Source: Parvularia atlantis
Lineage: Eukaryota
Assembly (NCBI GenBank): GCA_943704415.1
Contig: CALSCO010001647.1
Coordinates: 1 to 61,331, forward strand
Length of the DNA: 61,331 nt
Direction of reading: 5' to 3'
Of the stretch, positions 11,397 to 23,743 are shown one piece after another. A model generated the notes under the pieces. That model did no database searches. It was not told the DNA's origin and saw nothing but the letters and a program-made list of their open reading frames with translations. Position 1 is the stretch's first letter. The number at the start of each line of letters is the position of its first letter. The translations under genes were made by a program, and so were the position numbers.

Positions 11397-13284
11397 ACTG
11401 CGAGCGTCGCGTCCGGGGCCAGCCCAGTCCCGCGCTACCGTGTGCGCTTTGGCTCGATGTTTGTGCCGGCGCAGCAAGTCGTGCCGGGGGTGCTGCGGTG
11501 CTACACACCAGGTGCGCTCATTGCACATCCGCGCACAGTGCAGACTGACAGTCGCTCGCAGTGCACATGTCGGGCCGCGTCGAGCTGCAGGTGATCGGGC
11601 GCTCGGGCGTGTCAAACGTGTGCCCGTTCCACTTTGTGAACCTGCAGCACGGCTCGTCCAACTGGGAGGACGTCTCGCGTGCGTTCGTATGCGCTCGATG
11701 CGCGGCCGGCTGAGACGCGCACGCAGGGCAAGAGGTGCAGGAGACGCTGCAGGCCGCGCTGAGCGACATGGAGGAGAGTGTGCAGGACATCGTCGAGCAG
11801 TCGTCGTCCTCGGCGCCCTCCGACGTGGACTTACAGGGTGCGTGGCGCGTGTGCAGTGCCGTGGCAGGTGACGGTGACGCCGTGCGCGCGCGCTGCTCAG
11901 CCGCCATCGAGTCGATCATGCGCGAGATCAGCCTGCCGGCCGCGAATGTGGTCGAGCAGCCGATCTTGCGCCGCGTCGTCGCGCTCGTCGTCCGCGCGTC
12001 GACGCTGATGGACTCGGACTCGCTCGCCAAGCTGTTCTGGCTGCAGCCGTACCAGGAGGCGCACTCGCTCACGCTGGCGCACGCCACGTGCGCGCTGGGG
12101 TGCGCTTGCCTGCGCCCCCGCGGCATCGACGTGCGGGCTGAGCCAGCCTCGCGGCGCTCACGCAGACACGTGTCCCTGCTCACGTTCATCCTCGCCACGA
12201 CGAAGAACCGCGACGTCGTTGCCAGCACCGAGGCCGCACTCAAGAACTCGACCGCGTCGCTGCCGTGCACGCCGTTCACGATGGCCTGCGTGTCTGGGCA
12301 GGAGGCCGTGGTGCGTGCGCGTGTGCGCGCCACTGCCGGCTCGTGCGCTCACCATCACACGCACGCCACGCGCAGGTCCAGGTGTACATGCGCGCGCGCC
12401 TCATCCCGAACCAGACGCAGATGGAGCAGAACCACCTGCGGCAGCTGATCGCCAAGGTCGAGTCGCGGCTGCACTTTGGGTGTGTGCGCGCGGGCGTGTG
12501 CTGGCGCGTTTGCTACACGCGCGTCGCTGCCGCAGTGTCGCGTCGCTCCTGCGCGAGTGCCTCGAGGCCGAGCCCGAGTCACCGCGTGCGGCGTGGCTGC
12601 GCGAAGCGATGACGAGCGTCCTGCTGCGCGAGGGTGCGGGCCGGGGCGGTGGGTACGCGCAACCGCGCGCTGACAGCTCACGTGCACAGACGCCGCCAAC
12701 AACCCAAACAGGCCCCGCGAGCTGCGTGCCGGCGCGCACGACGTGCAGCGGCTCAACGGCGAGGCGCTCAAGATTCAGCGCGCCTTCCGCCGCTACCGGG
12801 TGCGTTTGCTGACGGCTGCCGGTGCAGTGCTGCCACTCACGGCGGGTGCAGGACCAGATGCAGCGCGGCAACGGCACCGCCCCGCCGCCGCGAGCGCACC
12901 GCACCGCGTCGAGCGCGATGGACAGCGGGGCGTCGTCGATCGCGGCGATGCCGCACGGGTGCGTGCGCTGCGCCGGTGCTCGCGCCGCTGACATACACGA
13001 CCACGCGCGCAGTGTCGCCAATGCCGACACGGCCGCCCTCGCCGCCAATGCGCTCGCGATCCAGCGCGCGTTCCGCCGGTTCAAGGTGCGTGTGCGCGTG
13101 CACCGCGAGGAGGCGTCGCTTATCGTCTACGTTGTCGCAGGCGCGCAAGCTCGAGCAGCAGGCCGCGGTGGTCATCCAGAGCCGCTTCCGCGCACACCGG
13201 CAGCAGCAGCTGTACAAGGAGACGCTGCAGACGGCCGTCAAGATCCAGCAGCGATGGCGGAAGCGGAGGCGGTCAGGGGCGTGA
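9810..13284 (+). CDS. CAMTA: Calmodulin-binding transcription activator (CG-1, TIG/IPT, ankyrin, IQ), multi-exon
   Basis: YRRDGHEWK..REDHLRLK..YAHS..PTFKRRIFWL..LVLIHYL; VDFSPESSSVNGGTKV..PGVLRCYTP; ankyrin-like TLAHATCALG and TPFTMACVSG; four IQ motifs (IQRAFRRYR, IQRAFRRFK, IQSRFRAHR, IQQRWRKRR). Confidence 0.92.
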
Positions 13285-13359
13285 GATCGTGTGAATTGGA
13301 ACTGAGGAAAAAGATTTCCCACAGCGAACAGCGAACGGCGTGCTACCCCGGGACACAAA

Positions 13360-15775
13360 ATGCACGCGGCGAACGACAGCAGGACGTGCCGGCCGGGCGT
13401 GACGGCGAGGTCGGCGAGGACGGCGGCGCTGCTGCTGCTCGGCGCGTTCGCGGTCGTCGCGGGCGGCGCAGACGCGCTCATCTCCGTGCAAGGTGCGCGC
13501 GTGCGAAACGCCCCCGTCTCGCCTCTGTTTCGGCCCGCGGCGCGGGCGAGGGCGCCGCGCTGCGTGGCCCCTGCTGTCTCCTGCTGGCGCGCCCTGCACG
13601 CGCACGCACGTGCGCCTCCCGCGTCTCTGCGCTCGTTATCTCGTGCTATCTCCGCGTCGTTCTCACGGCATCCTCCCCGCACGCACGCAGGCAGCGGCGC
13701 GACCTTTGCGCACGCCGACTTCCTGCACATCTCGGCGCCGTACGGCACGCTCGACGCGCTGCTCGTGCCCGTGCGCGTGCTGGAGGGCTGCGTGCTGCAG
13801 CGTGCGTGGCGGGCCCGCGCGCCACTCGCTGTGCTCATCATGTCGCCGCCCCCCAGTGACAGCGTCCATTTGGCCCAACATCGCGCTGTACGACTTCAAT
13901 GAGGCCCTGGCCGGTGCGCCCGGCCCGGCCGCACGCCGCTGCATCGCGCGCTGACGGCGGCCCGATGCGCAGCTGGGTGCCACTCGTACGGCGACATCAT
14001 CACGGCCACCAACTTTGCCGCAATCAACGCAAGCGTCTCGGTGTTTGTCCAGCCGGCCACGCTCAACAAGCACACGCCGGGCTTCAACGACCCCGTCGGC
14101 TACGTGGCGACGTACATCGATAAGGGTGCGCCGCCCTCCCGCGGGGGGCGTGGCGATGCAGGCTGAGCCGCGCCCAGGCTACGCGCTCACGATCGTGCAC
14201 AACGAGACCGGCTTGGCGATCGAGCAGCTGATCGCGGCGTCTTCGTGCACGCTCGCGACAGTGCCGGTCGCGTCGCCGTGCCTCGCCGTCAGCATCACGT
14301 CTGGTGCGCGCGCACGCGCACGGAGCGCGGTCGTGCACCTTGTCTGAGCGCGATCGCGGTCGCGGCAGATGCCGGCGAGTGGGCGCGCGTGAGCGGCGAG
14401 CCCGTGTTCCTGGCGTACCACGTGCTCGCGTCGATCGTGTTTTGGTTCTTTGCCGTCTACTCATTCGTGGCGCTCGTGCTCGTCTACGTCAATGACCGCA
14501 GCCTGGCCGCGCTCGTCGGCCGGCTCAACCACCAGATCTACTTTGGGCTGTTCTTCTTCGCCCTGCGTGCGTGCGCGGCACGGGCAGCCCCCGCCGTCTG
14601 ACGCGCACCACCGTGCGGCAGTGCGCGGCATCGAGGTTGCCGTGGACCCGCTCGGCATCCTCGGCCTGCTTACGCTCGGGCAGTCGTGGGCGCTGGTGCT
14701 GACGGTACGCTCCCCCCCTGCCTGCGCTGCTGGCCGCTCACACGCCCGACAGAGCTACCTGTGCATGCTCACGACCGTGTGCCTGCTGCTGATCGCGTGG
14801 ATCAAGGTCGTCGCGTCCGTGCCCAACACGGTCCACAACTGGCTCACGCTCGTCGCGACCGCCTATATCTACTTCTGGTGCGCGGCAGCCGTCTGCGCGC
14901 TTCGTCGCGCTGAACGCGCGCGCACGCGTGTGCCCGACAGCATCGTGCTTTTCATTGTCGCAGCGAGCATCCAGGGCGCGCTGTACTTTTACGGCACGAT
15001 AGGCACGACGCTCGATAATGTCTCAAACGTGCTCTTCACGATCCTCGCCGTGGCCATCGCCCTGCTGTGCCTCGCCTTCCTCGGCTTTGGCGGGCGCATC
15101 ATGCTCCTGCTCTCGTCCGTCAAGATGTCGTCCTCCAGCCGCCGCGCGCTGTACAAGGTACGCGCGCATACGCAACAGCTCGGTGCGCCGTGCTGACCAG
15201 CCGCGCAAAAGATCACGTCGATCATGGGTTCGACCGTGCTGGTGCGCGGCCGCTGGGGTGGCGTAGTCGCGCGCGCAGACTAAGGCCCCTGCGGCGGCGG
15301 CGGCGCAGGGCCTGCTGTTCTTCATTATCCTGCTCAGCGTCAACTCGTTCGCGCCGTCCGCCCCGACGACATACATGATCTTCAGCTACGTGGAGCTGCT
15401 CGTCTGTGCGTGCCGCGCGTCGTGCTTGCGTGGCTGCTCACGGCCGATCGCGCTGGCAGTGACACTCGTGATGGCCTCGGTCGTTGTGTCGCTGCGCGTA
15501 AACGCGTTCGTGCCGTTCCGCACGAGCGACAAGAACACGAGCAGCCAGACGGGCTCGGCCGCGCGCAAGACGCCGACGTCCGCCGCGCGGGGTGCGCGCG
15601 ATCGCCGTCCCCGTGTCTACTGACATCGGCCGTGTCGCACGCAGACGGCGGCGCCCCGGGCACGCACAGCGAGATGGACGTGCAGCTCACTGAGCTCGAC
15701 AGCTCCGCCAACGCGCTTGCCCCGGCCTCGCCCGACACGCCGAGCGGGCACTACGCGGGCGGCGGCAGCTTCTGA
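13360..15775 (+). CDS. Uncharacterised multipass (about 7 TM) membrane protein with signal peptide and ectodomain
   Basis: Hydrophobic N-terminus (AALLLLGAFAVVAGGADA), soluble region, a series of hydrophobic helices from about 14400 to 15500, Ser/Thr-rich tail. Start approximate. Confidence 0.65.
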
Positions 15776-15813
15776 CGCTTGACTTTTGTGCGTCGACTTC
15801 ACTGACTGTGTGC

Positions 15814-18581
15814 ATGGCCAACATGACAAACACGGCCGTGGAGCCGCCCGCCATGTCCGTGGCGCAGGCCTACGCGCTGCTCACACGTGAGGGCTCGCCG
15901 TTGGAGGTTGTCACGGCGCAGGTGCGCGGCGAGACGTACAAGGTGTTCAAGAACCAGCCGCCGACGTGCGTCGTATCCTGCGCGGGATCTCGCCGTCCTC
16001 ACGGGGTCGCTCCCCCGCAGCTTCCGCGCCGTGTGGGAGGCGACCAAGCAGCACGCCGCGCTCGAGTACGTCGTCTTCGGCAAGGAGCGCTACACCTACG
16101 GCCAGAGCTACCGCCTCGTCGCGACGCTCGCGCACCTGCTCGTGACCAAGTGCGCCGTGCCGTCGCTCGCCCCGCCGGCGCGGCGCCTTAACCAGGGCGC
16201 GCGGCAAGGTACGGCGTGCGCAAGGGCGACCGCGTCGGCGTGCTCATGCGCAACCTGCCCGAGGTGCGCCCGCGGCACGTGCGTGCGGCGCCCGCGCGCG
16301 AGCTCACGCGGGGGGCCCACAGTGGATCTTCGCGTGGTGGGCCGCGCTCTCGATCGGCGCCATCTGCGTCCCGCTCAACTCGTGGCTGACGGGCGAGGAG
16401 CTCGAGTTCGCCATCGCCGACTGGTGCCGCCACGCCGCCGTCGGCTGCCTCGCGCCCGCACGGCTCACGCCCGACGATCCGCAGCGGCGCCAAGGTGCTG
16501 CTGGCCGACGCCGAGCGCGTCGACCGCATCGCGCCGCACTTTGGCAAGCTGCAGGCCGTCGTCAAGTACATCGTCGCCTCGCGTGGCGACGCGGCCTTCC
16601 TGGCCAAGTACGCGCGCGGCCCGATCGCCGTGGTGCGCTGCATGCGACGTGCGGCGCCCAGGACGCGTGCTGACGATCGTCGTGCACGCGTAGGAGTCGT
16701 ACGAGGCCGTGATGAAGAGCGCGCCGCAGCAGACCGAGCTTCCGCCCGTGGAGCTGCACACGGACGACGACGCAACGATCATGTACACGTCCGGGTGAGC
16801 ACACGCATGCACACGCACACGCACACGCACACGCGTACGCGCCGCCAGCCTGCCTGCTGACGTTGTGGCGCGCGATGCAAGCACCACCGGCCGTCCGAAG
16901 GGCGCGCTGAGCACGCACCGCAACGGCACAACGATGATCATGGTCTCGGGCATGCTGGCGGCCCGTGCGACGCTGCGCCGCGGCGAGGTGCCGGCGCCCG
17001 CCGACCCCAACGCGCCCAAGCCCGTGCTCATGTGCGCCTCTGGCTTACGCGCGCGGCCACGCTCACCCGGTCCTCGCTCGCGAAAGGCTGCCCGTGCCGC
17101 TGTTCCACGCGACCGGCAACCTTGCCATCCTCACGCCGGGCACGATCGGCGGCGCCAAGATTGTCCTGATCTACAAGGTGCGCGTCATGTGCGCGCGCGG
17201 CTCACCGCGCCGCAGTGGGACCCCGAGGAGGCCCTGCGCCTGATTCAGCAGGAGAAGGTGACGAACTTTATCGGCGTGCCAGCGATGCTCTGGCAGATGT
17301 TTGACCACCCGAACTTTGCCAAGTACGATGTGCGTGCTGTGGGCCTTGCGCGCACGACTGTCCACCCTTCGTAACGCCGCGCGCGCAGGTCTCGTCGATG
17401 CAGACGCTCGGCAGCGGCGGTGCGCCGGCTGCGCCCGAGGTCGTGACGCAGGTGCCGTGCGCCGGCCGTGCCGTGCGCTGCGGCATCGCTGACGGGGCGA
17501 GCGCAGGTCGGCAAGAAGTTCCCGAAGGCGGCGCCCGGCGCGGGCTGGTGAGCGCCTCGCTCTTGTCTTGCCGCGTGCGCGCACCTCAACCGGTCGCGCG
17601 CGCAGGGGCATGACCGAGACCGGCGCAGTGGGCCTCAACAACGGCTACGAGGACTACCGGCGCAAGGTGCGCGCCCGCACACACGCACGCACGACCGCTC
17701 ATGTGCCCGCAGCCGGACTCGATCGGCCCGACCGTGCCCGTGTGCGAGATCCGGATCGTCGACCCGGAGACGCTGCGCGACCTGCCGGTCAACCAGGTCG
17801 GCGAGATCCTCATCCGCGGCCCGAACGTGATGAAGGCGCGGTGCGGCCGCTGCTGCAATGCGCGCCGTCTGACACCCACGCAGGGCTACTGGAACCGCCC
17901 GGAGGCTAACAAGAAGGAGTTTGTCGAGCCGGGCCACTGGCTGCGCACGGGCGACCTCGGCCGCAAGGACGAGGAGGACTTTTACTACATCGTGCGCGGC
18001 GCCGTTGCCGTCGCCGTCGCGTCTTCGGATGCTGAGCCGGGGGCGTGCGCGCAGGTCGACCGCGCCAAGGACATGCTACTGCGCGGCGGCGAGAACGTGT
18101 ACTGCCGCGAGATCGAGGGTGTGCCGTGCGCTGGCCTGGCGCGCGCTTATGTAGCACGTCTGAGCCGAGCCGCGCAGATGTGCTGTACTCGCATCCGGCG
18201 ATCATGGACGCGGCCGTTGTGGGCCTGCCAGACCGTGTGCTGGGCGAGGAGGTTGGCGCGGCGGTGCAGGTCAAGCACGACTTCTATGGCAAGGTGACTC
18301 AGGAGGCGATCCAGAGCTATGTGCGGACCAAGCTCGCCGCTTTCAAGGTGCAGCGACCGTGCTGGGCGTGCGGGATGCGGCCGCTGACCACACCATGCCG
18401 TAGGTGCCCATCTTCATCGACATCCGCACCGAGCCGCTGCCGCGCAACGCTGCCGGTGCGCGCGAGCGAGATGCGCACGCGCTCGCTGACCCTTGCGCGC
18501 ACAGGCAAGATCCTCAAGCGCGACGTCAAGATCGAGGTCGTCGCGCTATACGAAAAGACGCGCCCGAAGGCCAAGCTGTAA
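15814..18581 (+). CDS. AMP-dependent (long-chain) acyl-CoA synthetase, probably peroxisomal, multi-exon
   Basis: IMYTSGTTGRPKG, GWGMTET, GEILIRGPNVMKGYW, WLRTGDLG, VDRAKDMLLRGGENVY, LPRNAAGKILK; ends PKAKL* (PTS1). Confidence 0.93.
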
Positions 18582-18648
18582 GCGCGCCCCGCACACGGTG
18601 GTGCACCTGTCACGGGCGATACTACGACACCACCACATGCGCCGCCCG

Positions 18649-19366
18649 TCACAGCGCTGTGCCGGCCGCCTTGACGGCCACAAGCGCGTCGGCGACGCTG
18701 CGGATCGCGTCGGCCGCGGCCCTGATGTCGCCCACGTCCGTGCTCGCCTGCAGCCGCGTCTGCAGTACGCCCAGCTTGGCCAGCAGCGTCTCGACCGTCG
18801 CGGGCACAATGCCGTTCGCGCGCGCCGACCCGCGTACCTGCCGCGTACGTCAGCGCCCCCCACGAGCCGCACAGACGGGCGTGCGCGCACCGCGTCGTCG
18901 TCGTCGGCGGTCTGCTGCGCCGCACGCTCCCGGAGCCGCGTGCGCTCGTGCTGCGCGAAGCGCTCAATGTCCTCGGCGTCGTCTGCTTCGCCCGCGTCCT
19001 CGTCCTCGTCGTGCACGCCGTTGACCATCGCCGCCGGCGCGGGCGCAGTCGCGGGCGCATCGGCAAAGCGCTCGAACGACTGCACGAGACGGTGGCGGAC
19101 CGGGTCAATGTCGCTGTCGCGCACGTAGAACACGTCGCAGTTGACGCAGAGCATCTTGGTCCACCGCCACGTGGCGCGCGGGTCAGCAGCAGCAGCAGCA
19201 GCAGCGCCAACCACCCCCGCACCTTCTTCTCGCTGTCGCGCATCAACGGCACGCCCGGGCAGCTCGGGCTCGGGCACACCTCGCCTAGCATCGTCCAGCC
19301 CTGCAGCAGCCGCTGCCCGAGCAGCGCCGAGACGTTGCGGCGCGGCGGCGCCTCTGCCGTGTTCAT
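18649..19366 (-). CDS. ZNRD2: Sjogren syndrome/scleroderma autoantigen 1 family zinc-ribbon protein
   Basis: VSALLGQRLLQGWTMLGEVCP..C.GVPLMRD...MLCVNC, plus C-terminal helical region. Confidence 0.85.
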
Positions 19367-19386
19367 GACAGCGCGAAGTTCGATCG

Positions 19387-19862
19387 ATGGACACCGCCGC
19401 CTTCGCCAGCTTCGCGTACTGGCGCGCGCCGCTGCCGCCGCTGGACGAGTGCGTGCGGGCGCGCCGCGTGCGTGCGGTGCTGACCGCGCGGTGCATGTGC
19501 ACAGCCTCGAGCCGCTGCCGGAGCCGGCCGTGGCGAGGTGCGCGGACCAACGTGACGGTTGCCTCGTCCTGACGCGCGGCGCCCTTAGCGGCAGCAGCAG
19601 CAGTAGCTCTGCGGGGCTCGCTGCGAGCAGCAGCAGTAGCGGTGTGGTGCAGACCGTGCCCGTCGTGCAGACCGTGCCCGTCGTGCAGACGTGCGCTCTC
19701 GCCTGAGAATTGCTCCGTCCTCACTCACGTCCTCACAGCAGCGCGCCGACAAGAGCGCCCGCACCGCCGTCGAGCGGCAACGCCACCGAGACCGCGAGCG
19801 CGTTCGACTCGTTCACGTACTGGCGCGTGGCCTTGCCTGCGCTGCCCGAGCTGGACCTGTGA
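19387..19862 (+). CDS. 106-aa AF1q/MLLT11-like protein with two F-x-S-F-x-Y-W-R-x-x-L-P motifs
   Basis: Exons 19387-19448, 19505-19537, 19589-19690, 19739-19862 (321 nt, all GT-AG) give [21 protein letters not shown]...[23 protein letters not shown]. Confidence 0.75.
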
Positions 19863-19863
19863 T

Positions 19864-19928
19864 CCGCGGAGCGAGACCGCGGAGCGAGGCCACAGGGCGA
19901 GGCCACGGAGCGAGGCTGCGGAGCGATC
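19864..19928. repeat. 13-bp degenerate tandem repeat x5 (consensus CCRCGGAGCGAGG)
   Basis: ccgcggagcgaga ccgcggagcgagg ccacagggcgagg ccacggagcgagg ctgcggagcgatc. Confidence 0.85.
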
Positions 19929-19990
19929 CACTTCTTGTTGCTGCTTTGCTGCCCCCTTTGTTGAGCACCCCACACTTTGCGATCACGACG

Positions 19991-21831
19991 ATGCTGAGCA
20001 TCTTTCGCCGCGGCCGTGCGTCTGCTGCGACCGCGTCACACGCACGCGCACGGGCTCACACACCGCCGCCGCGCCAGTGGCCACGGGCGCGCGCGTGCGC
20101 GTCGCCAACCCCGTCGTCGACATGGACGGCGACGAGATGACGCGGGTCATCTGGGCGCTGATCAAGGACAAGCTCGTCGTGCCGCACGTGCAGTACCCGG
20201 CGCGCTACTTTGACCTGAGCCTGCCCAACCGCGACGCGGTGCGCGCGGGACGATCGCCTGGACGCGCGCGCACTGACGGCGGGCCGCGCGTCACAGACCG
20301 ACGACCGCGTCACGTACGAGGCGGCCGAGGCGACGCGCGCGTGCGGCGTCGGCATCAAGTGCGCGACGATCACGGCCGACGAGGCGCGCGTCAAAGGTGC
20401 GTGCGCCCGCCGTCCGCCTGCCACCCCCGCCGCTCACGCCACGCGCAGAGTTCAAGCTCAAGAAGATGTGGCCCAGCCCCAACGGCACCATTCGCAACAT
20501 CCTCGGCGGCACCGTCTTCCGTGAGCCGATCGTGATCGACAACATCCCGCGCATCGTCCCCGGCTGGAAGAAGCCGATCATCATCGGGCGCCACGCGCAC
20601 GGCGACCAGGTGCGCGAGGCTCGACGCGACACAGCGCCGCGCTGACTGGTGCTCTCGCGGGACATGCAGTACAAGGCCTCGGAGATCGTTGTGCCCGAGG
20701 CCGGCACCGTCGAGCTCGTGTACACCCCGGCCACGCCCGGCGCGCAGCCGGTGCGCCTGCTGGTCTTCGGCTTCAAGGGCGCGGGCGTGTCGCTGGCGAT
20801 GTACAACACGGACGTGGTGCGTGTGCGCTGCTTCGGTTTGTGCGCGGCTGATTGCACGGCGCACGGCGCACGGCGCACGGCGCGCAGTCCATCTTTGGCT
20901 TTGCACGTAGCTGCTTCAACATGGCCCTTGAGAAGCGCCTGCCGCTCTTCCTTAGCACGAAGAACACGATCCTCAAGAAGTACGACGGCCGCTTCAAAGA
21001 CATCTTCCAAGAGGTCTTTGACAAGTGCGCAGCCCGCTCGCTGCGCGCGCGCGCACCGCTCAGCCGCGCGGCCAGGGAGTTCAAGGCGCGCTACGACGCG
21101 GCCAAGATCACCTACGAGCACCGGCTGATCGACGACATGGTCGCGCAGGCGCGCCGCCGCATGCACGCGCATCCAGAGCGTTGCGCCTCACCCGCGCGCG
21201 CGTACAGGCGCTCAAGGGCTCGGGCGGCTTCGTGTGGGCGTGCAAGAACTACGACGGCGACGTGCAGTCGGACATCGTCGCGCAGGGCTACGGCTCGCTC
21301 GGGCTGATGACGAGCGTGCTCATCACGCCCGACGGCCGCACGATGGAGGCCGAGGCCGCCCACGGCACCGTCACGCGGCACTACCGCGTGCACCAGGCGG
21401 TGCACTGCAGGGCGGCGCCGCGAGCGCGACCGCGCTGAGCCCGCGCGCAGGGCGGCGAGACCTCGACAAACCCGATCGCATCGATCTTCGCCTGGACGCG
21501 CGGCTTCCTGCACCGCGCGCGGCTCGACAGCAACGGCCCGCTCGCGCAATACGCCACGACGCTCGAGCAGGCGCGATGGGTCTGCCGCGGGCGTGTGGGG
21601 CGGGCGTGCTGACGTGGCGGCACGCGCGCAAAGGTGTGCATCGACGCGGTCAAGAGCGGCCGCATGACCAAGGACCTCGCCGTTTGCGTGCACGGCGACG
21701 GGTGCGCTTTGCGGCGTGGTGCCGGCCGCGCTGAACGGTCGCCGCCCAGGGTCAAGCGCGAGCACTACCTGAGCACGCAGGACTTTATCCAGACCCTGGC
21801 GGACGACCTGATGCGGGCGCTGCCAAAGTGA
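19991..21831 (+). CDS. IDH2: NADP-dependent isocitrate dehydrogenase, likely mitochondrial
   Basis: [90 protein letters not shown]; short Arg-rich N-terminus MLSIFRR. Confidence 0.97.
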
Positions 21832-21832
21832 C

Positions 21833-23646
21833 TCACAGCGAGGCGGCCGGGATGACCTTGCGTGCACGCCCGACCGCAATGAACGCGTCGACGGCCTTGT
21901 CGATGTGCGCGCGCGTGTGCGCGGCCGAGAGCTGCCACGCGGGCGCGCGTCAGCCTTGGCCGCACACTGCAGACCAGACCCGTCGCCGCACCTGCACGCG
22001 GATGCGCGCCCGGCCCTTGGGCACGACCGGGAACGAAAAGCCGATGACGTAGATGCCCAACGCGAGCATGTCCTCGGCAAAGTCGGCCGCGAGCCGTGCG
22101 TCGCCGAGCATGATCGGCACGATCGGGTGGTCCTTGCCCTGCGTCGCACGGTCAGCAGACGCGCGCTGATCGGGATCATCAGAGCGCGCGCGCCTTGATG
22201 ACAAAGCCCGCCTCGCTCATGCGCTTGCGGAAGTGCTTCGTGTTCTCGGCCAGGCGGTCGCGCAGCTCGGTGGACGTGGACAAGCTGCGCGCCGGTGTGG
22301 GCACTCGCCACCGCGTGATGTGCGCGCGTCGCCGCACCGGTCAAAGACGTGCAGCGCCGAGGCGACGATCGCCGGCGGGATCGAGTTGGAGAACAGGTAC
22401 GGCCGCGCCTTCTGCCGCAGCAGGCCCACGATCTCCTTGCTGCTCGCGGTGTAGCCGCCCGCGGCGCCGCCGAGCGCCTTGCCGAGCGTCGAGTTGATGA
22501 TGGTGACGCGGCCGCGCGCGTTGTGGTACTCGTCCGTGCCGCGCCCGGTCGCGCCGAGGAAGCCCGTCGCGTGACACTCGTCCACGAACGTGATCGCTGC
22601 GCGGCGCCGCGCGCACGTCAGCGTCTCCCGCGCGTGCCCACAAGCCGCACGCGCGAGCGGCACCGTTGTACTTGTCGGCCAGGTCGCAGATCTTGTCGAG
22701 CGGCGCGATCTCGCCGTCCATCGAGAACACGCCGTCGGTCGCGATCACCTTGACGCGCGCGCCGTCGCGGTCGGCCTCCTGCAGCTTGGCCTCGAGGTCT
22801 GGCGGCCGCCCGCATGAGCATGCTGCACAGCTCGCCGCCGCCCTGCGCCGTGCCACGCACCCTCCAGGTCGAGGTGCTCGTAGCGGAAGCGCTTGGCCTT
22901 GCTCAGGCGGATGCCGTCGATGATGGACGCGTGGTTGAGCGAGTCCGAGATGATCGCGTCCTCCGCGCCTGTGTTTGCGCGCCGTGTCAGACCGGCCGTG
23001 TGCGTGGTGGAGGGTGCGGCCGCACCAAAGAGCTCGAAGATGCCCGCGTTGGCGTCGAAGCACGAGATGTAGAGGATGGCGTCCTCCATCTGGTGGAATT
23101 TGGCGATCTTGTCCTCGAGCTCCTTGTGGATGTCCTGTGCGTGACACGCGACGCGGTCGGCACGCGCTGCGGCGTCAGGCCGAGCACACGGCCTCGTGCC
23201 TGCGTGCCGCAGATGAACCGCACGGAGCTCAGGCCGTTGCCGTGCGTCTCGAGCGCGCGCTGCGCCGCCGCGATCACGCCCTTGTCGTCGCTCAGGCCGA
23301 GGTAGTTGTTGGCGCAGAAGTTGAGCACCTCGCCCTGGCCACCGCGCACGGTGATGGCCGCGTTCTGCGGCGACGTGATCACGCGCTCGCGCTTGAACGT
23401 GCCCGCGGCCTCGATGTCCTTCAGCTGTGGTGCCGGGTCGTCAGGACCGTGCGAACACGGACGGGGCCACGCGGCGCGCGCAACCTGCTGCTGCAGGATC
23501 TGCCGCAGCCGCGCCGCGCCGGCCGACTCGGTCGCGAGCGTGCGCGTGCTGCTGGACATGGCGGGGCGGCGGCTGCGGGCGGCGGCGGAGGCGGTGGCGG
23601 CGAGAGCGGCGCGGGCGGCGGTCACAGCGCGCGGCTTTGCGAGCAT
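21833..23646 (-). CDS. GCAT: 2-amino-3-ketobutyrate CoA ligase (glycine C-acetyltransferase)
   Basis: [90 protein letters not shown]; Ala/Arg-rich presequence. Confidence 0.97.
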
Positions 23647-23743
23647 TTCGAATGCGGCGCTGCCCACTGTGGCGGCGCGAGGCCTATGTATGCAGCTCTA
23701 CTGACTTTTCACGATAGCTGCGTGTACAGGACACCGACTCGCA

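Noticed and set aside
19648..19690. 15-nt direct repeats, and the 13-nt array at 19864, as a CRISPR array
   Set aside because: No unique spacers and no cas genes; the 15-mer is a coding VQTVP repeat.
23688..23729. Branch point and AG upstream of PA2G4 as a trans-splice site
   Set aside because: A GTATGC donor lies at 23688, so an ordinary cis 5'-UTR intron explains it.
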